A DNA stretch of 64,000 nt from a virus (lineage: Duplodnaviria; Heunggongvirae; Uroviricota; Caudoviricetes): positions 3,486 through 67,485 of the IMG/VR virus record IMGVR_UViG_3300030332_001481; one strand, written 5' to 3'. Below, piece by piece: positions 19,747 through 29,697 of this stretch. Both the position numbers and the translations under genes were made by a program. Within the stretch, counting starts at the first letter, position 1, and the number at the start of each line of letters is the position of its first letter. The notes under the pieces are model-generated. The model was not told where the DNA came from and made no database searches. It worked only from the letters and a program-made list of their open reading frames with translations.

Positions 19747-22700
19747 ATGCCTACGTTCAAGGGACGATACAACAGGAAGTCACTTGTTGTCAGTGCATAC
19801 GGCGGTATCTCCTACCTGCCCAAGGTGAACCTCCTAGACCAGCTAGGTACCGACCTTGACGAGCTTCATGCTGCTCTCGTCTCCAAAGACGAGAACGCGA
19901 TGGCGTTGCGTCAGCAGGAAGTCGAGAACCGGAACAAGGCCGAGAACGAGAAGAGCACGTCGGTCAAGGCCCTCGATCCTCTCAACCTAGGCGACCCCTC
20001 TCTTACTCTCAAGGTAAAGGTTCCGCCGGATCCCACACGGTCCATGAGAAATGACCGTACAGGCAAGACTTTCCCCATCGGAACAGTCACTGACCCTGAG
20101 ACCGGAGAACAGCTCAAGAAGGTGGAGTTTGAGGTACGGAAGCGTCCCCTCAAGAACCAGCTCATTTACTCTGACCCTCAGAGTTCTGAGGGGGTGTTCT
20201 ACTACGCCGATGAGAAGGGTCACCTCGCGACAGGCAGCCTCGGTGCCACCACTACCGTGGAGTCAAACCCCAGCCTCATCGTGAGTCTACTCAGCCACAA
20301 AATCTCAGTGGGAGGCTTCACGACTTCCTATGGCAAGGCCATCAACTGGCCTAAGGAGGAGATTGAGGCGCTGTACTTGAAGTTCTACGCCAAGGACGAC
20401 AATCACGAGGCGGACATTCAGGAGAAGCGCAAGGCCATCATGGCCAAGTACCCTATTGATCCCGACACTCCTGGCGTTCCTCTGTTCATGTACAACTTCG
20501 ACAAGAAGTTCCTTGAATACGTCAACTCACGCCTAGTTGAGATCGAGTCCCAGATCGAATCTGGGGAGCTACCTGTGTACGTACCCTCGAACAAGGGCGC
20601 GTCCCAGTTGGGCGAAGAGTATGCACAGCTGGTGGCAACCGCGTTGTTCGCCCAGGAGTACTCGCAGCTCCTCAAGGACACTAAGGAAGAGGAGCGTAAG
20701 GCTCTTTCTACGTCCCCCGAAGACGCCCCCATCGTCTCCAATATCAAGGAGGACACTCGATTCCTTCCCCACCAGGCATATGCACTGTCCTTCATGAAGG
20801 ACAGAAAGTCGGCCATGGTGGACGCAGACCCAGGTGCGGGTAAGACCCTCATGATCCTGGCAGACATCCTTGACAAGCTCAATCGTGGCAAGGTCAGTCG
20901 TCCCCTCGTCATCATGCCGAACTCTCTTCTCGGTCAGCAGAAGCTGGAGTTTGAGCAGTGGACCAATGGCACAGTCAACATTCTTGCGATCAACACGCAG
21001 TCCGTTAAGCGGGCGGACCCAGAGGCGACGCCTCTCAAGTCCGGGCCTAACGCGGGTCGTATTCGCGACGGCAGCCACGACAGAGGTCTTCAGGCTCTTG
21101 CCGATCAGATCAAGAGCGCGCCCAAAAACACTATCCTCATGACGAGCTATGAGTGGCTTGCACGGCACAAAGTCGTTCGCGCGAGCATGGACTCATTCCC
21201 TCGTGTGAATTGGCTGCTGAGTCTGGGTGTTGATATGGTCTCGCTCGACGAGTGCCATAAGGTGCGAATCAACTCCTCTGGTGGAGCTTCAGACGCTGCT
21301 GAAGCCATCATGCAGATGAGTGCTGTGCCTTACAAGCGGGCTTTCTCTGGTACCGTGGCTCCAGCTAGCCCTGACGATGTCTTCCTTCCCGTTTCGTTCC
21401 TCGATCGGTCTGTTCTAGGTACGCGTGAACAGTTCATCTCGCGCTACGCCATGAGCACCGATCCGTGGTCCAACTCCTCGACCTACAAGAAGGTCGAAGC
21501 GTGGAAGCCCGGGGCCATCAAGGAGCTGCGTGACCACGTCTCGAAGCGTGTGGGAGTTTCTATCCGACGAAGCGCCTGGCTGGACAAGCTCCCTGATCTG
21601 CGGGTCAACATCCACGATGCCCCCATGACCATTCTTCAGCACAAGGTGTACGATCGCATCGTCGACCGCATCCTTGCAGAGGAGATCGGAAACTCGGACA
21701 TGAAGATCGGCCTCGATCTTCAGAAGGAGATGGCGGCCAAGAACGCCTCCAACCCTCAGGCCCTGAGTCAGATTCGGGCGTACCAGGGTGGACAGAGGAG
21801 CATCACCATCGAGAACGAAGACGGTGAGCTAGAGCGCCTCACCATCAACGACAACTCCTCAGAGTCTGAAAAAGAACTCTTTGACATGGGCAAGCGCCGC
21901 CTCCAGGAGGGGTTGCAGCGTTACACCGAGGCGATGGTGGACGCCGACGATATGCCGGGCATCGAGGACGAGCGCGAGTTGCTCACCAAGTTCCAGGCCA
22001 TCGACAAGTACCTCAATGACCCTGCTTCCGACGAGTTCGGGCACTACTTCTTGACCGATGAGTACGACCGTATCTCCCCCAAGGTCAAGGTAGTGGACAA
22101 GCTTCTAGCTGACCACTTCTCGAACCCAAACAACGGTAAAGTCATCATCTTTACCCACTACAAGAATGTAGCTGCCCACTTCGCGCAGAACATCAAGATG
22201 AAGGATCGCGCTGTAGTCTATGACGCTGGCAGGCAGAAGGCGCTGCAGAGCTTCAAGGATGATCCCAACGTCCAGATCATCATCGCGGTAGAGCAGTCCA
22301 TCCAGGAGGGTCATAACCTTCAGATGGCGAACCGTATCATTCGCCTCGACCTTCCTTGGAACCCGGGTAACTACCAGCAGTCCATCGCTCGCGCTTACCG
22401 CCTTCCACCGCGTGATAAGTCCAAGGCCAGCTACCCTGTAGTGTACGTGGATATCATCCTGTGTAACGCTACGGCCGAGGTGACCAAGTTTGCTCGGATG
22501 GTGTCGAAGATGCACGCCACAAAGCAGCTTGTGTCTGGTTTCACTCCGGGCGAGGGTGAAGAGTTTCCGCTCGTGGGCATGTCCATTGAGAACATGCGCA
22601 GGACCTTCTGCACCCTGGAGCAGGCATCGCAGCACATTGAGGCCTTCCATCGCATGCGTGAGTACGAGAAGGAAGAGGCCAAGCTCGCCCCTGAAATCTA

Positions 22701-24018
22701 CGGTACCGACCTGCACGAGCTGGCCACAGGCGAGCAGATGGACGGGGAAGTGGGCAAGATTGAGACGCCGCCACTAGACGACGATCGTCTCCGGGATCCT
22801 TGGAACGTAGATTCATCCGACTACCGCGCAGGAACCATTCAGCCTACGTTCTTGCAGTGGAACGGCGTCTATTACCTCGCAGTCCCTCGTCAGAGTGGCA
22901 TGCAGCGCTTGCTCATGTACTTCTCTACCCCTCGCTCTCCGCTAGGCGCCTTCCGTCGAGTCGATACTCTAAAAGATGCCATCGATATCGTCAGAACGAT
23001 TCAGCGGGACGGAAACACTTCCGTAGTAAACGCGCAGCAGGTCTTCGCGATCCTCTCAGGGCAGGCTCCTGTTGATGCTCGGTTCCCCACGCTGACGGTG
23101 AACATCCCATCGGGAGCCAGCAGAACTGCGAAGCTTAAGCGGGCATCAACGGCGGACATCGCCGCCATCAACAACCCGTCTACGGTCAAGGATATCCTTG
23201 CCTACTCCCCCTCTCAGGAGGACATGGTGGCGGCCAAGCGGGCAATGGCCCAGATTCACCAGAGTTTCTTCTCAGCCAAGAAGCTCACTGACATTCACGT
23301 CTTGTTCGCGGCCAAGGCCATCGGCCTTCTTGGCATTGACCCCTTGGAGGGGGCTGCCAGTAGTCCTACGACTCCTCAGTCTTTCTGGAGGAACACGCAC
23401 CGGGCCATCGTCATGACGCCTGGGGCTAAGAAAGCACTCAAGGCCCAGCTAGGTGGGGGCGCGGCTGAGCCAGCGAAGCAACCAGCGAAGCAACAAGCCC
23501 CGGCAGCGCCTACAGCCCCCGCCGTCACGCAGCAGGTAGAAGAGCCGGCTGAGATCTCTGACGAAGCACTGGGAGGGCCGCAAGACGACGAGTTGGCCGG
23601 TCTGAACCTACGCGTGTGTCTCATGGGCAAGATGCAGGATGGGGCTCCCAAGCCTCGCCCGTACCTATACGTAGATCCTACTTCTCCCTACGCTGAGCCC
23701 CTCACAAAGTTCGGCTTCCACACTTCAGACGAAGAGCTGGGAATCGAGGAAGGGGACAGTCTTTGGGTGCACTGCGGCTACACTCTTGCAGAGTGCAAGA
23801 GCGTGCTGACGACCTTCTCCCGTCGACTTTACGAGTGGGGATGGTCGCTCAAGGATCGTGAGGACTACTTCTCGATGTTGGCAACTGCAGGCTTGTCACG
23901 CGCCGATATCGAGAAGATCTGGAGCGTCGACATGGAGACCGGCAAGAAGACAGCTGAGGCTGCGCTGCTGGAGGACTTCCCCGAGTACACAGACCTGATC
24001 CAGTCTATTTTCGCGTAG
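19747..24018 (+). CDS. Large SNF2-family (SF2) helicase/ATPase, 1423 aa
   Basis: FLPHQAYAL (Q motif), DADPGAGKT (I), LDECHK (II), FSGT (III), KVIIFTHY (IV), QEGHNLQMANRIIRLDLPWNPGNYQQSIARAYR (V/VI). Confidence 0.9.
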   Translation: MPTFKGRYNRKSLVVSAYGGISYLPKVNLLDQLGTDLDELHAALVSKDENAMALRQQEVENRNKAENEKSTSVKALDPLNLGDPSLTLKVKVPPDPTRSMRNDRTGKTFPIGTVTDPETGEQLKKVEFEVRKRPLKNQLIYSDPQSSEGVFYYADEKGHLATGSLGATTTVESNPSLIVSLLSHKISVGGFTTSYGKAINWPKEEIEALYLKFYAKDDNHEADIQEKRKAIMAKYPIDPDTPGVPLFMYNFDKKFLEYVNSRLVEIESQIESGELPVYVPSNKGASQLGEEYAQLVATALFAQEYSQLLKDTKEEERKALSTSPEDAPIVSNIKEDTRFLPHQAYALSFMKDRKSAMVDADPGAGKTLMILADILDKLNRGKVSRPLVIMPNSLLGQQKLEFEQWTNGTVNILAINTQSVKRADPEATPLKSGPNAGRIRDGSHDRGLQALADQIKSAPKNTILMTSYEWLARHKVVRASMDSFPRVNWLLSLGVDMVSLDECHKVRINSSGGASDAAEAIMQMSAVPYKRAFSGTVAPASPDDVFLPVSFLDRSVLGTREQFISRYAMSTDPWSNSSTYKKVEAWKPGAIKELRDHVSKRVGVSIRRSAWLDKLPDLRVNIHDAPMTILQHKVYDRIVDRILAEEIGNSDMKIGLDLQKEMAAKNASNPQALSQIRAYQGGQRSITIENEDGELERLTINDNSSESEKELFDMGKRRLQEGLQRYTEAMVDADDMPGIEDERELLTKFQAIDKYLNDPASDEFGHYFLTDEYDRISPKVKVVDKLLADHFSNPNNGKVIIFTHYKNVAAHFAQNIKMKDRAVVYDAGRQKALQSFKDDPNVQIIIAVEQSIQEGHNLQMANRIIRLDLPWNPGNYQQSIARAYRLPPRDKSKASYPVVYVDIILCNATAEVTKFARMVSKMHATKQLVSGFTPGEGEEFPLVGMSIENMRRTFCTLEQASQHIEAFHRMREYEKEEAKLAPEIYGTDLHELATGEQMDGEVGKIETPPLDDDRLRDPWNVDSSDYRAGTIQPTFLQWNGVYYLAVPRQSGMQRLLMYFSTPRSPLGAFRRVDTLKDAIDIVRTIQRDGNTSVVNAQQVFAILSGQAPVDARFPTLTVNIPSGASRTAKLKRASTADIAAINNPSTVKDILAYSPSQEDMVAAKRAMAQIHQSFFSAKKLTDIHVLFAAKAIGLLGIDPLEGAASSPTTPQSFWRNTHRAIVMTPGAKKALKAQLGGGAAEPAKQPAKQQAPAAPTAPAVTQQVEEPAEISDEALGGPQDDELAGLNLRVCLMGKMQDGAPKPRPYLYVDPTSPYAEPLTKFGFHTSDEELGIEEGDSLWVHCGYTLAECKSVLTTFSRRLYEWGWSLKDREDYFSMLATAGLSRADIEKIWSVDMETGKKTAEAALLEDFPEYTDLIQSIFA

Positions 24019-24046
24019 GGTCTTTTCGGGACCGTAAAGACTGCTC

Positions 24047-24412
24047 ATGGGCTGCAACTGCAGGTCCTCTCGTAAGAGGGCTACATCTAAACCGCGAAGC
24101 GCCCCCGTTGTTGCTCGACGGGGCGCTTCGGTATGCTCTCAAGTGGAATCTGCAGGGGACAACCTGTCCGTAAGGGTTGGTCCCACCGGTAACCTGACCG
24201 TTGAGTACCCGTTCAAGTCAGGTATTTCGGCTTCTGTTCTGTTGAACACGCATAAGTGTTCTTCTCCCTTTGCCAAAGCTCTCGCTTCGGCTGAGGCGAA
24301 ACTCACACGTCTCTTCTTCGATCCTTCCAAGAAGGATGCTTTTCTTGCCACGTTGGGGACTGCTAAGGTCCTCAAGTTCGGCTACCTTAGGGACATCCTT
24401 CGTAGCTTATAG
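24047..24412 (+). CDS. Small basic hypothetical protein (MGCNC N-terminus), 121 aa
   Basis: Clean ORF with basic N-terminus. Confidence 0.65.
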   Translation: MGCNCRSSRKRATSKPRSAPVVARRGASVCSQVESAGDNLSVRVGPTGNLTVEYPFKSGISASVLLNTHKCSSPFAKALASAEAKLTRLFFDPSKKDAFLATLGTAKVLKFGYLRDILRSL

Positions 24413-24425
24413 TGATTAGGTAGTC

Positions 24426-27272
24426 ATGGAAGAGGTAGTCACCCGGAAGCTCAAGCATGAGCCTGAGCATTGCTACGCATGTCCGTTGAGTCGAGACTCA
24501 CGCGTGACAAACCAGTACATCACCACTGACCTCACCTACATCAGAGGGGCCAAGAGTGTGGATGTTCTGGTGGTAGGCGATGCCGCTGGACCATCAGAGA
24601 ACGCAAAGGGGCTTCCTTTTCAGGGGTCAGACGGTCTTCTTTACCGGCGGCTTGCCAGACGCGCAGGAATCACCTCTGTTGCGTACAGTCATGTACTCAG
24701 ATGTCGACCAACGTCTGTGGCCTTGGTTGGTGACGAGGCTGAGCTAGTCAACCGTGCTCCCACCATCGAGGAGCAGGGTGCTTGCCTAAACTACTTCCAC
24801 AAGGACCTAGATCGGCTCAAGCCGAAGGTAGTCATACTGGCGGGGAACCAAGCTATCCAGGCGATAGCCCCCTGTTCGGAGTGGTTGAACAAATCGGCCC
24901 ACGCACTCAAGGGACAGATCTGCGAGAAGGACGGGATTACGTACTTAGCGACGCTGGCGCCTAGCTCCGCGCACGGAGTTCCGCCTGAAGAACGTCGGCT
25001 TCAACTTCACTTGAACTCAGTCCAGCAGCTTCTCTCAGGCGAGGCTACCGACTACTCCAAGAAGGGCCGAGTCAAGCTCATTCAGGACGTTCAGACGTTC
25101 AAACGTCTGATCAAGTTTCTCCTGAAGAAGAACACAGCTCCCATCGCGTTCGACTTTGAGACCCAGAACCTAAACCAGGTCGCTGAGAACAAGATTGCAA
25201 CCCTTCAGCTCTCGTGTGGTCCTAACCTGGCCTGGACGATTCCTATTGACCACTGGGAATCTCCGTGGAGTCGTAAGGAGAGGGCTTACGTTATCAAGGG
25301 GTTGCGGGCCCTATTTCGTTCCAGGGCAACCAAGTTCCAATATTGGATCGCACACAACGCTCCTTTCGATATAGCAAGGTCGCTTCAGCTTCTGGACATT
25401 AGGTACATCCACAAGCCAGTTATCGACACGATGTTCGTGGCGTACTTGCAGGATGAGAACCAGGTTGGGGCTGACACCGCTGGCTTCGCCACCTTTAGGT
25501 TAAAGGACCTTGCTCGTGACTTTCTTGGATTTCGTCTATACGACACTGAGCTATCTGACGCCATGGCTGCCCGTTCTGGCGCCAGCGGCGGTAGCCTGTG
25601 GGATCTTCCTCTCGACCGTCTTTCTGAATACGGAGGGACGGATGCCTACGTCACCTGGAGACTCCTCCACTATTTCGTAGGACTCCTTTCTGCGGAAAAC
25701 TACCACACTGCGATTCCCTTTGCGCTGAAATGGGGGAGCCGAGCCTCGCACCTCCAGGTCATTCTGAAGAAGAATGGCTTCTACGTCGATAGGCACCATC
25801 TCGACTACCTCATGCAGGACGACTCTCCGATCTCGGACCGTCTTGCTGAGATCCCCGGGGAGTTTGCACGTCACCCCCTAGTCCAAAAGGCCAACAACTT
25901 CATTCTCTCCGATGATCCTGCTACTCGTGGGATGCGGCCTCTTTTTGGGAAGAAGCCCTGGGTTTTTGACCTTGCGAAGAAGGGGCATAGGGTCAAGCTG
26001 TTTGTCGACGCTTGCGCTTTGAAGCCGCTGGCGTACGGCAAAGACGGCAAGCCCAGCATCAACAAGCAGTACTTCGATGAGTACAGCCACCACGATCTGA
26101 TCAAGCTGTACCAGGAGTACTCTGGGCTCTACAAGCTCAGAACTAGCTACATCAACTCAATTATTGAGTTGATCGAGACCAACCCTGACAACCTGCACGA
26201 CAAGCGAGTACACGCTAGTTTCCATGTAATTCGTACGGTTACGGGTCGAGCTGCTTCGAGCAATCCCAACCTCCAGCAGCTTCCCTCAGGGAAGCCCTGG
26301 ACGGCCAAGGCTCAGATCAAGTCGATGTACGGGGCTTCCCCCGGCTGTGTGATCATCGAGTGCGATTACGGCCAGGCTGAGGTGCGCTGGTGGGCACAGC
26401 TAGCCGGCGATCGGCAGTACGCGCAACTCTTCACTGAGATGAAGAAGCTCCGGGACGAGTACAGGCGTACAGGTGACGCGGACCTAGGTCGTCGTTGCAA
26501 AATCGAGGCAGATATTCACCGCAAGGTGGCCTCGATCATGTTCCAGAAGGCACTGGAGGACATCACTGACTTTGAGCGTAAGAAGGCGAAGTCTCTCTGT
26601 TTCGGTGCCGTGTACGGTCAGAGCACCAAGGCCCTCGCGCTCATTCTTGGCATCGAGGAGCACGAAGCCGAGGTACTTCAGCGCACCTTCGTGGGCGAGT
26701 TCGATCGGGCAGGTAACTGGCTCACCGAGATTGAACAGACTGCTGCAGCGAGTGGTATCACCATCACGCCCATGGGACGTATCCGCCATCTCGCCGACGT
26801 CTTCCTTCGCGACGAGGGCGCCGGTCAGCGTCGAGCCAGGAACTCACCCATTCAGGCCATTTCCTCCGACACCACTATGCTGGCTGCGTGGCGCATCCAG
26901 CGTCACATCGAGGAGAATGACCTCCCCATCAAGCTTGTGAACGTAGTCCACGACGCTGTGTACCTGGAGCTTCCCCTCGACTACGAGCTGATGGCGGACA
27001 CCATTCATCTGCTCAACGACAAGATGGTGGAGTCACTCCCCGAGTTCCTCAAGGAAGAATTCGACATCGACATGATTGTTCCCATGGAGATCGACTTCGA
27101 CATTGGTCTTCGTCTGGGCCACATGCTCAACTTCTCGGGGCACATGCCCGATCTGAAGGGAATCTACGACAAGTGCGTGGAATGGAACCGTAGACTAGAG
27201 GCCAAGGAGACCTGGGTAGACATCTCTATGTCGGAGCCGCTCTTCCAGCCTCCCCCGCCCAAGGCAGCCTGA
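24426..27272 (+). CDS. polA: Family A DNA polymerase with N-terminal UDG-like (family 4 type, Fe-S) domain and 3'-5' exonuclease
   Basis: UDG-like HCYACPL/VLVVGDAAG/LRCRP/GACL; Exo FDFET, AHNAPFD, YGGTDA; Pol TVTGRAASSNPNLQQLP, CDYGQAEVR (A), RKKAKSLCFGAVYG (B), VVHDA (C). Confidence 0.95.
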   Translation: MEEVVTRKLKHEPEHCYACPLSRDSRVTNQYITTDLTYIRGAKSVDVLVVGDAAGPSENAKGLPFQGSDGLLYRRLARRAGITSVAYSHVLRCRPTSVALVGDEAELVNRAPTIEEQGACLNYFHKDLDRLKPKVVILAGNQAIQAIAPCSEWLNKSAHALKGQICEKDGITYLATLAPSSAHGVPPEERRLQLHLNSVQQLLSGEATDYSKKGRVKLIQDVQTFKRLIKFLLKKNTAPIAFDFETQNLNQVAENKIATLQLSCGPNLAWTIPIDHWESPWSRKERAYVIKGLRALFRSRATKFQYWIAHNAPFDIARSLQLLDIRYIHKPVIDTMFVAYLQDENQVGADTAGFATFRLKDLARDFLGFRLYDTELSDAMAARSGASGGSLWDLPLDRLSEYGGTDAYVTWRLLHYFVGLLSAENYHTAIPFALKWGSRASHLQVILKKNGFYVDRHHLDYLMQDDSPISDRLAEIPGEFARHPLVQKANNFILSDDPATRGMRPLFGKKPWVFDLAKKGHRVKLFVDACALKPLAYGKDGKPSINKQYFDEYSHHDLIKLYQEYSGLYKLRTSYINSIIELIETNPDNLHDKRVHASFHVIRTVTGRAASSNPNLQQLPSGKPWTAKAQIKSMYGASPGCVIIECDYGQAEVRWWAQLAGDRQYAQLFTEMKKLRDEYRRTGDADLGRRCKIEADIHRKVASIMFQKALEDITDFERKKAKSLCFGAVYGQSTKALALILGIEEHEAEVLQRTFVGEFDRAGNWLTEIEQTAAASGITITPMGRIRHLADVFLRDEGAGQRRARNSPIQAISSDTTMLAAWRIQRHIEENDLPIKLVNVVHDAVYLELPLDYELMADTIHLLNDKMVESLPEFLKEEFDIDMIVPMEIDFDIGLRLGHMLNFSGHMPDLKGIYDKCVEWNRRLEAKETWVDISMSEPLFQPPPPKAA

Positions 27273-27853
27273 TGTTTCGCCTGTTAGTGCCTGGGCTAAC
27301 CCTGGCCATACTAGTACTGACACCGACCACCACGTCAGCTGCCACGGTGGCGTGGGTGGGTGATAGTCACTCTCAAGCATTGTGTCCTAGGATTGGTCCT
27401 GTTCTAGTTGAGAGCGGGCACGAGTTCACCTGTACCGCCAGACCTGGGTGGTCAACCGCTTCGTTCATTCGAAATCGTGGCTGGCTTCAAACCATTACCT
27501 CGGACACTGATGTAGTCGTGGTATCGTTGGGAGGTAACAACCACAGACCAGTTGCCTTGTACAAGCAGGACCTGGATAGGATGGTTCTGCTGCTCCGACA
27601 GCGCAGTCCTGGCGCCTTCATCGTCTGGTATGGGCCAGCTTTCGCCACGAGGCAGGACGTGCTACATCGGCACATTACCACCGTGACTTACCAGGAGGGA
27701 CTCCTCCCCTTCATGGGGGTACAGTGGTTCTCCACTGTGAATATGACATCAGACCTTCGTCTTCGTCGTGGGGGCGTCCACTTCAACACTGAGTCCTACA
27801 ACATCTGGTCGCACAGATTACTGAACCACCTTGCGGATCTACTAGATGATTAA
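27272..27853 (+). CDS. Secreted SGNH/GDSL-family hydrolase
   Basis: Signal peptide; blocks GDSH, RPGWST, SLGGNN, GGVHF. Confidence 0.8.
   Translation: MFRLLVPGLTLAILVLTPTTTSAATVAWVGDSHSQALCPRIGPVLVESGHEFTCTARPGWSTASFIRNRGWLQTITSDTDVVVVSLGGNNHRPVALYKQDLDRMVLLLRQRSPGAFIVWYGPAFATRQDVLHRHITTVTYQEGLLPFMGVQWFSTVNMTSDLRLRRGGVHFNTESYNIWSHRLLNHLADLLDD
27297..27314 (+). promoter_or_regulatory. Conserved 18-bp motif TAACCCTGGCCATACTAG, copy 1
   Basis: Identical to the copy at 30361; lies inside the 5' end of the SGNH ORF, upstream of gyrB. Confidence 0.5.
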
Positions 27854-29687
27854 CTACGATGCGAGCGCCATTCAGGTCCTAGAGGACCTAGAACACATCA
27901 GGAAACGTCCTGGTATGTACATCGGCTCCGCGGATTCTGACGGGATCCGCCAGCTACTGAAAGAGTGCAGCGACAACGGGATCGATGAGTTTCTGGCTGG
28001 GCATGCGACCGAACTGTCGGTCGTTATTGACTCTGAGAATCAAGTCTTCACCGTGCGTGACAATGGTCGTGGAATCCCCATCGAAAAGCACGAGAAGACA
28101 GGTGAATCCACTCTCATCACGGTCTTCACCAACCTGCAGTCTGGTGGAAAGTTCGGTAAGCAGGCGTACGCCGTAAGCGCTGGACTTCACGGGGTGGGGC
28201 TCAAGGCAGTCAACGCCCTGTCCGAGTACGTCGAAGTAGTAGTCTGGCGCCGTGGCAAAGCCCACACTCAGCGTTTTGAGAGGGGAGAGCCTAAGGGTAC
28301 GCCAAAGCGTCTGAAGTCTCGCGACAAGGAGGTAACCTCGGGCACAGAGGTGACTTTTCACCCAGACCCGGAGGTCTTTGGGGACAGCAAGCTCCCTCTC
28401 AAGCCTTGTATTCAGTCTTTGGTACACTCGGCGCACCTGTGCCCTGGCCTGAAGCTAGAGATCACGGTGGACGGGAAGACCAAGGTATTGAAGTCTTCAG
28501 GGCTGCCGGATCTTGTCTCTGTGAGGGCCAAGGCCCATAAGGCTTCCCATGACCCCATCTATTTCGAGTCCTCAGACAAGACCACCCAGCTGGCCCTTCT
28601 GTGGACAGACGGTGAGGGTGACAACTGGTTCTCCGCCTGCAACGCTTCCGCTACTCCGGAGGGAGGGAAACACGTAGATGGATGTATGAAAGCCATCCAC
28701 GACGTCTTGTCCCCTTACGCCAAGCGGAAGAAGGTGGATGCTCGCGATCTGGTGGACGGTCTTTTCGGGGCTGTTCATGTGCTGGTGAGCGACCCGCTGT
28801 TCAAGAGTCAAACCAAGGAAGCCTTGGCGAACAAGGAAGTCCTCCAGCGCACCTACGACGCTGTCTATCCTGCCGTCAAGGCCTTCTTCGACAAGAATAA
28901 GAAGCTCGCGGACTCTATCGTTGCGCGTGCCGTCGAGGCAAAGAAGGTCCGAGACCGCTACAAGCAGATGCGAGCCCACATGGGGCAGGTGTCTGTCAAG
29001 AAGGACAAGGTTGGAGTCCTACCAGACAAGCTTGTCGAGGCTGAAGACTGCCCTCCCGATCAGAGGGAGCTGTTCATTGTAGAGGGGGACTCTGCGGGCG
29101 GCTCCGCGAAGAATGCACGGCTGGATTTCCAGGAGGTACTGCCCCTGCGTGGGAAGATTCCCAACGGGGCCCAGAAATCAGGCGCTGCGTTCTTCAAGAA
29201 CGCCGAGATCAGCGCGATGTTGACCGCCATCGGCGTGACCATTGATCCCAAGAGTAAGAAGGCCGACCTGTCTAATCTTCGGGTAGGTCGCGTTCTGCTG
29301 CTCATGGATGCGGACGACGATGGCTACCACATCACCACCTTGGTTCTAACGTTTTTCGCGCTGTGGATGCCGGAACTCATCGAGGCAGGGAAGGTCTACA
29401 TCGTAGACTCTCCGCTGTTCGTGGGGCAGTACCAGGACAAGAAGTGGTTTGCCCACACCCTCAAGGAGTTGGAGGCGTTGAGCGGTAAGCCGTCCTCGAA
29501 GATGCTCGTGACTCGGATGAAGGGACACGGTGAGTCCGACGTTGAGGACGTACGGCGCTACGCTATGGAGCCGTCTACTCGCCGGCTCTACCAGGTTTCC
29601 TTAGGAGAGAACGACGATCAGGTTATCCTAAAGTTGATGGGTAGTGATTCCGCCGGTCGGAAAGAGCTTCTCGGTATCGAAGTATAG
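27846..29687 (+). CDS. gyrB: Type IIA topoisomerase subunit B (GyrB/ParE-like)
   Basis: EHIRKRPGMYIG, DNGIDE, DNGRGIP, GLHGVG, EGDSAGG, PLRGK, DADDDG. Confidence 0.95.
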   Translation: MINYDASAIQVLEDLEHIRKRPGMYIGSADSDGIRQLLKECSDNGIDEFLAGHATELSVVIDSENQVFTVRDNGRGIPIEKHEKTGESTLITVFTNLQSGGKFGKQAYAVSAGLHGVGLKAVNALSEYVEVVVWRRGKAHTQRFERGEPKGTPKRLKSRDKEVTSGTEVTFHPDPEVFGDSKLPLKPCIQSLVHSAHLCPGLKLEITVDGKTKVLKSSGLPDLVSVRAKAHKASHDPIYFESSDKTTQLALLWTDGEGDNWFSACNASATPEGGKHVDGCMKAIHDVLSPYAKRKKVDARDLVDGLFGAVHVLVSDPLFKSQTKEALANKEVLQRTYDAVYPAVKAFFDKNKKLADSIVARAVEAKKVRDRYKQMRAHMGQVSVKKDKVGVLPDKLVEAEDCPPDQRELFIVEGDSAGGSAKNARLDFQEVLPLRGKIPNGAQKSGAAFFKNAEISAMLTAIGVTIDPKSKKADLSNLRVGRVLLLMDADDDGYHITTLVLTFFALWMPELIEAGKVYIVDSPLFVGQYQDKKWFAHTLKELEALSGKPSSKMLVTRMKGHGESDVEDVRRYAMEPSTRRLYQVSLGENDDQVILKLMGSDSAGRKELLGIEV

Positions 29688-29697
29688 AATAGGGGTA

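Noticed and set aside
24426-27272. DpoZ/aminoadenine (Z-genome) polymerase
   Set aside because: No PurZ or dATPase in the window and no diagnostic feature I can support
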